A stretch of 64,000 bases of DNA, taken from Octopus bimaculoides (taxonomy: Eukaryota). Positions 1-9,912 of the stretch are shown piece by piece; position 1 is the first letter of the stretch, and every line of letters starts with the position of its first letter. The notes below the pieces were generated by a model. The model made no database searches, had not been told where the DNA came from, and saw only the letters and a list, made by a program, of their open reading frames with translations. The DNA lies in contig NC_068996.1 in assembly GCF_001194135.2 (NCBI RefSeq), positions 44,674,604 through 44,738,603 of the forward strand, given 5' to 3'. The translations under genes and the position numbers were made by a program.

Positions 1-74
1 AGCAATGGGGTTGATACATTGGAGTAAAAATTCTTCAAGGTACTGCCCCAGCATGCATGGTCGTAGTGTGTGTG

Positions 75-110
<36 letters not shown>

Positions 111-113
<3 letters not shown>

Positions 114-1278
114 CAGGCTGAGTGAGCAACGTTTTGAAACAGAATTCATCACAATATATTTTTTAAAAAGCGGAAATTTTATTCATCAAAGCAATTACCA
201 TTACAATCAACACATTTTATACACGAGTTATAAGTTTGTTTATTCCGGTCACATAAAAATCTGGAGTTCTGAAACTGATGAACTCTTTGAACGTACTTTA
301 AGCATCGGTTTGATTTTTTAACTCTTTCTCGCGCAGAAAACCATGAAGGTGCTTGAAAAAGTTGTAGTCGGTAGCAGAAAGATCATTGTCTGGGACAGAG
401 GAATAGCAGTTTTCCGTTCATTTTGGCAATTTCATGGTGATATGTTTCAGCAGTAATGGTTTTGCCGAGTTTCAAGAAGTTATAGTGTATGTGTCCAGCA
501 TTACACTACCAAACAGTCACCATAACCTTCCTTTTGAAGAGCCCGGGTTTAGGGAAGGTTTTCGGTGCTTCATCTTGGTCCAACCACACCAAAGAACGAC
601 TTTTTAAAAATATAGAATCTACTTTTCATCGCGAGTTACAATATGATCAAGAAATGGATCGGTCTGGTTACGGAGAAGAAGCGACGAGCAAACTTCATAC
701 CTGCGCATTTTCTGATTTTCATTCAAATCGTGTGGCACATTTTTGTCGGACGTTTTTGATCTTCCGATCACATGCAAATGGTTTCAGGTTTTTTTCTGAC
801 TAACTTGAAATTCTTTTGCCAGTTCTCGAGTGATCTTACGTTAAATCTTTCTCAATGACGGTCTTTAATTCACCATCATCGATGACAGATGGCCGTCCAC
901 TACGCTCACGAACTTCAAGACTCAGGTCTCCACTGCGAAATCGCTTAAACCATTTTCGAGCTGACCACTCACTGGTCATTTCCTCATCAGACGTTCCGTT
1001 GATACCACGAACAGTTTCAGAAACTTTACGTCCTTTTTTTAAGTTAAATTAAAAATAAAACTCCTCGAATATCGCGATTTAACAGTTCCATTTCAGATGA
1101 TTGTTACAACACTGAAAAAATAATATCGATGTTAATTTATTTATGCATTTGGGCAAGTCTATGTCTATATTATCAGACAATTGCAAAAATATGTTTTAAA
1201 AAATTCAAAACGTTGCAAAAATCCGGTACAAATTGTTCATGGTACCAAAACGTTGCTTACTTTTTACTCAACCTGATA
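111..1278 (-). mobile_element. Mariner (Tc1/mariner, Hsmar1/cecropia-like) DNA transposon, near full length, decayed
   Basis: TA-bounded imperfect TIRs: tatcaggctgagtgagcaacgttttg (111-136) versus the reverse complement of caaaacgttgcttactttttactcaacctgata (1246-1278). Broken transposase on the minus strand. Confidence 0.92.
179..1091 (-). pseudogene. Mariner transposase pseudogene with stops and frameshifts
   Basis: Manual translation gives ARKWFKRFRSGDLSLE..RSGRP (HTH), NVPHDL (WVPHEL-like), IVTRDEK, DLSATDYNFFKHL, FYVTGINKL and KCVDCNGNCFDE*, matching Hsmar1/SETMAR-type transposase motifs. Confidence 0.9.
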
Positions 1279-2083
1279 TACACACACACACAGGCACACG
1301 CACATACACACACACAGACCCCCCCCCACACAAAATAAGTATTGATCAAATGACAGATAATTTCAAGAAATGCCTATATATGACGTCTAATAAATTTTGT
1401 GAATGTCATTCATGCAATACTTAGGAAATGGAGATAACGTCTTCGATATGAGATTACAAATTGGACGACAATTCTTTGAATATCGTCGCGAAAATCCATC
1501 AGTCGATGATGAATCGCAACTTTTACGAAACATAGTGAAAAATATGAAACAAGTACGAAGTGGCCATCAAAATTTAATATTGCTGAATTTTGCTGATTTA
1601 TATAAAAATAATAATTTTGAACGTACTCTTCAATTAAGAATAATATAAAATTAAACAATCAATGCAAAACTCTACATGAAAAGATATATTAAAAGAAAAT
1701 ATTGTCCTCGTAAGGATGAAACTGTTATTCGTGGGAAAATTTGTGATTAAGAATATGTTTATCATAAAATCGAATTAATAATAGACATTACAAATTTGCT
1801 AAATATTGTCAATGCAATTATAAAAATTACAACTGTCATGATAATAATTTTGTTGATAGCATATACGAGACAAATGAATTACTAATTGAGGCTAATTTGC
1901 TATATATTAAAAAATTGTATGAATAAATGAGAAATAAATGTTATATGTCGGTACAAATCAATAACAAATTGATTATATTCTAATTAGATTCCGGTACCAC
2001 GAGAAGTTTAATTTAAAAACATAGAAAGTTATTGAAACTCCATCATTAAACCCTGTCTCATTAAATTAAAACATTACTGTCAT

Positions 2084-2412
2084 AGGCGAAGGAGTGGCTG
2101 TGTGGTAGGAAGCTTGCTTCCCAACCCCATGGTTCCGGGTTCAGTCCCACTGCGTAGCACTTTCGGCCAGTGTTTTCTACTGTAGCCTTGGCCTGACCAA
2201 AGCTTTGTGAGTGGATTTGGTAGACTGAAACTGAAAGAAGTCCGTGTGCTGACGTCCCCGCAAACTAGCGGTTCGGCTCGGGAACATAAAAGAGACCGAT
2301 AGGATAGCTACTAGACCTGCAAAGTCCTGGTGGTCAATTTTTTCGATTGGGGGCAACGCTCCAGCATGGCCGCAGTCAAATGACTGAAAAAAGTAAGGGA
2401 ATAAAAGAATAT
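2084..2412 (+). mobile_element. tRNA-derived SINE, family A (lacks the usual internal microsatellite segment)
   Basis: A box tggctgtgtgg, B box ggttcagtccc, body gtgagtggatttggtagac, tail cagcatggccgcagtcaaatgactgaaa. More than 12 related copies in the window. Confidence 0.88.
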
Positions 2413-2964
2413 AAACATTTCAATTAAAAGGAGATATCCATTAATCTATTAATCTATTAATCCTTAAACAGAGGGGGAAAAGCGTTTGTTGCATGAATGT
2501 ACGTGCTAAATGGGCAAGATGCAGAAAGAAAGAAAAAAATCTTTTTCTGAAGGGTAATTTTTATACTTAGGAGTAATGTTTATCGCCGTCTAAATCTCTT
2601 ATTGAGATTTTCTTAACGAGCTAGTTTAATTTTTATTCTTATTTTCACTTTAAATAAGAAAAATATCAATAATAAACGCTAGTCTCACGCACAATAAAAT
2701 TTACAAACTCACTATCAAAAAGTGCTGGGAAAATATTCACTTTTCTATAATGATAGCCATTGATAATATCCACCGTTTAACGGTTAAATGGTAAAGTTGT
2801 AAATAAACAACAAAACTTAGAAGCTATCGCTATAGAAGCTAAAATAGGATCAATCTTTTTCAGAACGATTTTTTGGAGCGTCTAAATATATCGTTGATAT
2901 CTATAATCAATAACATAACATATTTTTTCAGTTATCTTGGTAATTCGAAATAACATGAATATCA

Positions 2965-3255
2965 GTTGCAAAATTTGACACAAGCCAGCAATTTCGGGTG
3001 AAGTGCTAAATCGATTACATTGACTCCAGTGCTTAACTGGTACTTATTTTATCGACCCCCGAAAGTATAACAGGCAAAGTCGGCCTCGCCGGAATATGAA
3101 CACAGAATATAAGGACGAGTGAAAATTCCGGTAAGCTGTTTTACCTGGTGTGCTAACGACTTTGCCAGCTCGCGGCCTTAAATAATACTTGAATATTGGT
3201 TTCAAATTTTGACACAAGGTCAGAAATTTTGGGGTAAGGGCCAAATCGATTACAT
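2965..3255 (-). mobile_element. tRNA-derived SINE, family B (diverged, with a partial second tail)
   Basis: Core ggtacttattttatcgaccccgaaag...aggcaaagtcg shared with copies at 11.7, 12.2, 28.1, 31.8, 32.2, 41.0 and 54.2 kb. Confidence 0.8.
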
Positions 3256-3524
3256 ACAGGTCACAATTCGAGTAAATCCAGGTATGAAAGCAATTTATAG
3301 GCAGACTCCATTACTATTTTTAAAATCTTAAATGGCAAAAGACGAATTGTTACGTGAAATATTGAACTTTATTGTTGGACCGATCGGTTACAGTGAGAGG
3401 ACTGTGCCAAAAGGCAAATTGGTTGGAAGCCAAACGGCAAAGTTTGCATCGATGACTATTTTGAAATCACCATCAACAAGCAGATGGAGATCAATACCCA
3501 ATACCCAGATATCTTCGTCTTTCC

Positions 3525-3990
3525 TGTTCTTTTATCATTTATTTGTTTCACTCATTTGACAGCGGCCATAATGGAGCGCCTCCTTAAATGGTTCTACTCG
3601 AACAAATCGACCCAGGATTTATTTTGCCCAGAGTTTAGTAATTATTCTATCGGTCTCTTTTTGCCGAACTGCTAAATTACGGGGATGTAAACACACCAGA
3701 ACCGGTTGTGAAGCGGTGGTGAGGACAAATACAACCACAAAGACACACATACACACGCATATACAGACACACGCATATACAGACACACACATATACAGAC
3801 ACACACATATACAGACACACACATATACAACGAAATTATTTCAGTTTCCATCTAACAAAACCACTCACAAGGCTTTGGTCAGCCTGACTGTATTGAAGAC
3901 ACTTGTCTAAGTTGCCATACAATGGGACTGAACCCGGAACTATGTGGCTGGAAAGCAAACTTCTTGCCACGCAGCTACGCCCGTGCCTAT
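3525..3990 (-). mobile_element. SINE family A with internal (CA)n tract
   Basis: Reverse-complement match to the family A head and tail, with an internal CA-rich segment at about 3740-3825. Confidence 0.88.
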
Positions 3991-4309
3991 ATAATGAAAT
4001 AGTCCATATACTCGCGGATAAACAGTTCAGTCGATATAAAAGACGGATATTTTACGAGTAGAATTTATACAAGAATTCCGAAAATTGTGAAAGTATCCCT
4101 TTTCGGGTCAGCTGGTCATTTAATTGCATAATTACTTAGAGTTAAAAGATATTGCCCAAGGATTATTCTAATGCGCTCGGTAATATAGAGAAATGATAAG
4201 AATTATTACTAAACAAAATAAATATACATCACGAGCTTATTTTTTTAAAGAAAACTTTTCTTTTTTTTAGTTTATGAAAATGTTAATATGATTCTTGACA
4301 CGGAGAAAA

Positions 4310-4590
4310 TATTATTTGCCAACATGACATGGCAGTCCTAGTCAAGGACGAATGTTGCTGTAATTTAGCCCCAGGAGATATCGTCTCGTCCTTATATTTT
4401 TGAATAAGGGAATCTAGCACTCCCACTCAGCTCAAAACTATATCTGTATCTCGCGATTTCCGGGTTATTTCCCTTCATGAGCACGGATAATTGTTCGGCT
4501 AGAGGAACATGTTATGTTGGCAAATAATCCTTACTCCAAAGTACTGTTGCTGAATATCTCTCGTTGTGATATTTAAAAATAGTAGTTTTC
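4310..4590 (-). mobile_element. Hammerhead-bearing non-autonomous element (Penelope-like/retrozyme-like), degenerate copy
   Basis: Homologous to 9533-9960 with one arm largely deleted. Contains a hammerhead-like motif at 4444-4486 (-). Confidence 0.7.
4444..4486 (-). ncRNA. Type I hammerhead ribozyme motif, degenerate
   Basis: CCGUG-CUCAUGA-A-GGG(aaauaa)CCC-G-GAAA-UCGCGA-GA-UACAG. Core G5 and the cleavage-site U are mutated; GAAA is intact. Confidence 0.6.
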
Positions 4591-4805
4591 TGATTCTTGA
4601 CATGTTATAAATTGTCAGATCATTGAAGCTCTTCATCCTCCTACTTCGCTCTCAGTACCAAGGAAGGCTGACCTTTCAGTCGTTCTTGTGTCATCGTGCA
4701 CCTAAAGTAACTTTAGATGAGCTTCAGTTTGATGAAAGTTCACTGGATAAATTCCACTTCAAGTTACAATATGCAGAAATGTATGCAGTAGCAGCACGAT
4801 AAAGG

Positions 4806-5257
4806 GATAGCACGTTGTCAACTTAATGTGACAGTATCATAAAAAGGAAGAATGCTACTGCTAGTTTCAGAGTCCTTGCTCCTCATCAGTCTAGAGTAGC
4901 AGGGCTTGCTAGCTTTCGATGCCTATCCGCCTTTGAAGACATATATATTACAAGTGAAATACATTATTTCTATTTTCAAAAATCAGTGAATGCATTTCAC
5001 TTGAAATATATGTTTTCAAAGGCGGATATGTATCGACTGCTAGCAAGCCATGCTACTCCAGACTGATGAGGAGCAAGGACTCTGAAACTAGTCTCTGGAT
5101 GTTGTCTTTGCTGGGTGGAGGTGCTTGCCTCCACTTTGAAAACATAAGGACACAGGAAATGCGTCAAATCCAAAAGGAAACGCTGTTTCCTAGGGCTAAA
5201 TAACAGTAGCATTCATCCCTTTTATGGGACTGTCACATTAAGTTGACAACATGTATC
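4806..5257. repeat. Head-to-head inverted duplication of a hammerhead-bearing element
   Basis: 4811-4965 is the reverse complement of 4989-5253, except for an approximately 110 bp deletion in the left arm. Spacer about 23 bp. Confidence 0.9.
5057..5099 (+). ncRNA. Minimal type I hammerhead ribozyme with canonical core
   Basis: UCCAGA-CUGAUGA-GGAG(caagga)CUCU-GAAAC-UA-GUC^-UCUGGA: 6-bp stem I, 4-bp stem II (one G-U), palindromic ACUAGU stem III, predicted cleavage after 5093. Confidence 0.9.
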
Positions 5258-7035
5258 ACTTTATAAATTATTTAGTTTGTGCATTTTGAGTGTATTTGAC
5301 ACATGCATTGTCTTAAGGTGCCCCAATCCCCTTCTCATAGATTTTTATGGGATCTTCTGTGCATTTTCCAGTATTCTTGTGCATGAAATTTTGTTCAGTT
5401 TTCTTTCACCATGTTTCGATGCGTACAAAGAATGTATAGAATTCAGAAAAATCAACTAAAGCACCAAACCACTTTTCATCGCTGCCAACGAATAAGACAT
5501 TTTGTTCAGATTAAGATTAAGCCTTACCAGAACCATTAAGAGATTTTCCTCGAGTGTTCCTCTTTGATTCATCATTGACTTCAATAACATTAAGTCTTAC
5601 TCTTTCGTTAACCCTCGGTTTAATATGAGATGGATTATCTTTTGATTTCTTCAGCAACCGATTTCGCTAAATTTAACATTTGTGATAATTTCTCATGTAG
5701 ATTTTCATTCAATATCGTTCAATTATCACTGTAGCTTTGTTGATATAATGATGGAAACGAAGGATGAAACATTTCATTACACGATAGATTTCATTAACTA
5801 TTTTCTCGGCAGAAGTTAGTTTCTTTAATGCATCTCATTTGCCAAGATTGCAACTAGTATCTCACGTGCTACTCAGTTTCTTCCATGGTTTGTACTGACT
5901 ATTAAAGCGCGAATCAATTTTCCAAAATGCCCCTGGAGTGTAACCCAGCGCTGAGAACTGAAAAGAAAAACAAAAGAAAAAACAAGCAAATTGTAAAATG
6001 CACGCTTCTAAAATATTTAACTACGCTCTCATAATGTGTTGCAGAATATAAGCAACATAACTTTGGTGAGTGGTAGGCACAAGGAGAATAAAAACACAGC
6101 TGATCATCAACAAATATATACTGCCAAGTACCATTATAATTCCCTGGGTATATTATCAGCGTTAGTATTATAATTTTTTGACATGAAGCCTTAATAAATG
6201 TCTCAAATGATTATTTCCTCAATCAACCCTTCATTTTAAAATAAAGTTTGGAGATCATTCTTGAGCTACATATTCAGTATCACTTTCAATCAATCAACGG
6301 ACAATCAGCGGACAATACACGTCGGCTACTCTACATGACCGTAAACCTGCCTTATTCATCAGTGATTTAATAATATTTTGCAACGTCTAAATATTTTGAA
6401 GTTCCCGTCGGTTAACTAATGATGCGACGAACGATAAACAATTTATTATTAGTATAAACTAGCTATTAAACTGTACTCTTTTTTGAGAAGATATATATCA
6501 CATTGTTGTACAGAATTTGATATTCTATATTAACTTTTCGCAATATGTCAATCGCAATAATTTATTCAATAATTCAACTATTGTTGTGTCTGGCTTTTGA
6601 AACTAATTATTTATCCAATATTACTGATTTTCGAAAGGAGCACTGCCACATGTCAGATAACAAATTGCATTTCGGTCACACGTTGATTTGTCACTTCTTT
6701 CGCTGTATATAGGTATCATACAATTTAATATCCTACATTTGGATAACATTGAAGAACAACTCCTAAGCCAGCAGGACTACTATAAAGAGTTTCTTTGCTG
6801 CTTGTCCTGTTCCAAGTGTGAAAAGTCACTGCTAGAAAAATTAATGTGATTTGAAACTTATACTTTGCTTGATAATGATGTAGTGTTTAAGTTGACATTT
6901 CTTTATTTCTATGTTGCTAAAACAGTCTCTATATGAAAAATTCAGGAGTTCCTCTTAACAGTGATTCGAACACTAAACACAACTTAGTTTTAATTTCCTT
7001 TCATCTATTGAACTTATCATTACTATCCCATAAAT

Positions 7036-7363
7036 CAATGGTTCTCAACCAGGGTCCATATAACTCCTGAGTGTCCGTATAAGGTTTTTTGGGGTCCATA
7101 CAGCAAAATTTTAAATAGTATTTTAAGGGTACCTGAAAAAAAATTGCCTTAGATGTATGTATTGCATGAAGCAGTTAAACTTCTTTCCCTAACGTTTTAC
7201 ATTCTTCAACCTAGACAATTTAATATGAGAATTACAAAATAGGAATTTTGAAAGAAGTTTCTATAAAACTAGTTTTTAAACAACATCGAATGGCTATGGG
7301 GGTCCACCAGAATAAAAAAGTAATCGAAGGGGTCCATAGATAAAAGATACCTGAGAACCCCTG
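7036..7363. mobile_element. hAT (Charlie-like) MITE
   Basis: Termini caatggttctcaacc and ctgagaacccctg resemble CAGTGGTTCTCAA hAT TIRs. The right flank ctgtagat resembles the NTCTAGAN target. A partial second copy lies at about 7405-7858. Confidence 0.7.
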
Positions 7364-7447
7364 CTGTAGATGCATGTATTGGTATGCAAAAATCTGTTAG
7401 GCTTTTTCTTCTCTAACATTTTACTTAGTTCAACCTAGACAATTTAA

Positions 7448-7665
7448 CCCATTAAGTCCCAAAGTACTTAAATTTCTGAATATTACTTTAAAATTTTTAC
7501 AGATGATTGAAAATAGGTTAAAATGGAAAAAAATAATTAATAAAATTCCTTTACTTCAAGTAAAAATGGAAATACTCGGTGTAAATAGGATACTGAGACA
7601 ATGTAATATAGATTATTTAATGTTCTCATTTAGTGTCCTATTTATAGGACAGTGGGACTTAATGG
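7448..7665. mobile_element. piggyBac-type MITE inserted at TTAA inside the second hAT MITE copy
   Basis: TTAA at 7444-7447 and 7666-7669; TIRs cccattaagtccc / gggacttaatgg. The paralogous empty site caatTTAAtatgagaattac is visible at about 7215-7234. Confidence 0.82.
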
Positions 7666-8909
7666 TTAATGTGAGAATTACAAAATAGAAATTTTGAAAG
7701 AAGTTTCTACAAAACAATAGAAATTTTCATTATAGAAATTTCTAAAAAACAATAGAAATTAAGGCCTTATTTTATCTTCTTTCATGTTATTTCATTTTGG
7801 TCCACCAGAATAAAATAATAAAGAGGTTCATGGATACAAAATGGTTGAGAACTCCCGCCATAAACGAAACCAGCGATATTCATTAACAAAAGTTTTCATT
7901 TTCCCATTTCTTGATTCAACGGAACATATGTTGACAAATCATTTTTTCCTTCCTTCCTCCTTTCTACTAGAAAAACTTTCCTGTCTTTCATCTATTCATT
8001 TCCAGGCGTATATAATTAGATACCGTTGTGATAATCACGCGATTACGACTATTTTGTGTCTTCGAGCTGGTCAATTTATTCACATCAGCGGCTTTTAGCA
8101 ATATATATTATTGTTTACTACATATAACTAATCTAATCGAAAACCGAGCTAACAGTCTTGCAGCCAACAGATATTGGTAGCGTAGCATAATGATGACTGC
8201 GGCTGCTAAATGTAACTATTTTAACTGTATGTCCTGTTGTTAATGGAGTTAACCCAGCGCTGCTGTTAGCGGTGTGAGGGCAGTTACATATAACTATTCA
8301 AATTGTAAATTTTGTCGTCAATGAGCTCGCTCTTTTGATGATTCACATTTTGGTATGTTTAATGCATTAAGTGTTCTTTCTGTAAAAATCCCGTTGAGAA
8401 TGAAATAACATGAAAGAAGATCTAAAAGGCATAATTTCTATTGTTTCTAAGTACATATGGAAATCATGTCGAGTGAGATATATTTTCCATACTTCAAGCT
8501 GCTATGTACACTAAAGAGTTAAGTGCCTACAACACTAAGCTGCTTATTTCGTATAATTTAGTAACCACTACATTATAAGTTTCTATTTGATTTCAGATTA
8601 TACAAAATGACGTACATCAATCTAGGTTCTTAAAAGATGATATAAAATGCTTGAATTCTCTTGAATACTTCTGAATTTGAGATTAATTTTACGACTTCTA
8701 GGAGCAATACTAATAGACATACTTCTATTTTATGAACTAATCGTTGTAAGTTTACGAAATTGACAGTGAAGCTGGCGCGATCCAGCTCAGCTTTCTCTAA
8801 AATCTTTGGTCCGTGACCAGTTTCATAATTATTTTCATTCCGGGATGATTTGTCATTAGAGTACGCAGTCAAATACTTAGTCAGTAGCTATTGACACATT
8901 TTGTAGCAT

Positions 8910-9260
8910 GGACCTTCACGAAATCAGCCGAAATACATTATTGCCTCGAATGGGATAGATACACAAGTTTCATTATTTTACTCAATATCCTCCCGAAGGA
9001 CCTGAGAGACCTGCATGGGGTGGATGTAGGTGTCTTCAAAAATAAAGCTGGACGTCTTCCTGTCAGGTGTCCCAGATGAACCAACTACGCGGCAGGAAGG
9101 TGCAGATGTGGGCAGCTGCATCAAACTCTCTCATGCACCAAATGTCAATTCCTGAAGTAAAATTCGTGGAGTAAAATTATGTAGCAACACCAAATGTCGG
9201 TGCCTCAGTAAGGCCACAGCTCATGAGCTGAAACTAGATAAAATAAAAAAAAAATAAATA
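8910..9260 (+). mobile_element. CR1-type LINE 3' end fragment
   Basis: LNILPKDLRDLHGVDVGVFKNK then, after a frameshift, LDVFLSGVPDEP, typical of a CR1-group ORF2 C-terminus. The 3' stem-loop cagctcatgagctg is followed by an A-rich tail. Confidence 0.72.
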
Positions 9261-9532
9261 AAATGAAATGTTTATAGAGATCACATAAAGAAATTGTAAT
9301 TTCAAATATATTCTTAATTTTGCCAAATTCAGCTGAATCCAGGCGAAATTATGTTTGCGATCATCTCAACCGCTTTTCAACCGCATTAAGGAAAAATGCT
9401 ATGCAATAAGTTATTGATTGAAAGTGAGTCACTAGACATATTAGTAGACTAGAGACAAATACACAAGTATACATCAAATAACTGAAATTACTTTTTTGTA
9501 GTCGATACTGGAGTAGTTCAAAGGAAAATATT

Positions 9533-9912
9533 TTTGCAGTAAAGATTGTCTGCCAACATAGTTGTCCTGGTTTAGGACGAATGTTGCTGTAATTTAGCCC
9601 CAGAAGACATCGTCTCCAGCTGGCTATACGATAAGATCTGTGTCCTTATATTTTCGAACAAGGGAATCTAGCACCCCAGCTCAGCTCAAAACAATATCTG
9701 TGTATCGCGATATCTGGGTTATTTCCCTTCGTCAGCACAGAATAATTGCTTTGAGCTGAGTGGGGGTGCTAGATTCCTTTGTTCGAAAATATAAGGACAC
9801 AGATCGTGTCGTATAGCCAGCTGGAGACGATGTCTCCTGGGGCTAAACTACAGGAACATTCGTCCTAAACCAGGACTGCCATGTTATGTTGGCAAACAAT
9901 CTTTACTACAAA
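9533..9912. repeat. Long inverted repeat (about 160-165 bp arms) enclosing a hammerhead motif
   Basis: 9533-9697 pairs with about 9743-9912, for example tttgcagtaaagattgtctgccaacat / atgttggcaaacaatctttactacaaa. Confidence 0.93.
9698..9740 (-). ncRNA. Type I hammerhead ribozyme motif with one core substitution
   Basis: CUGUG-CUGACGA-A-GGG(aaauaa)CCC-A-GAUA-UCGCGA-UA^-CACAG. Perfect 5-bp stem I, palindromic AUCGCGAU stem III, GAAA changed to GAUA. Confidence 0.72.

Noticed and set aside
6310-6366. CUGAUGA on the minus strand followed by GGC...GCC-GAC-GUG
   Set aside because: No GAAA, a non-cleavable GUG triplet, and stem I does not form.
8630-8872. 80-aa minus-strand ORF
   Set aside because: No recognisable motif, and the length is within chance expectation.
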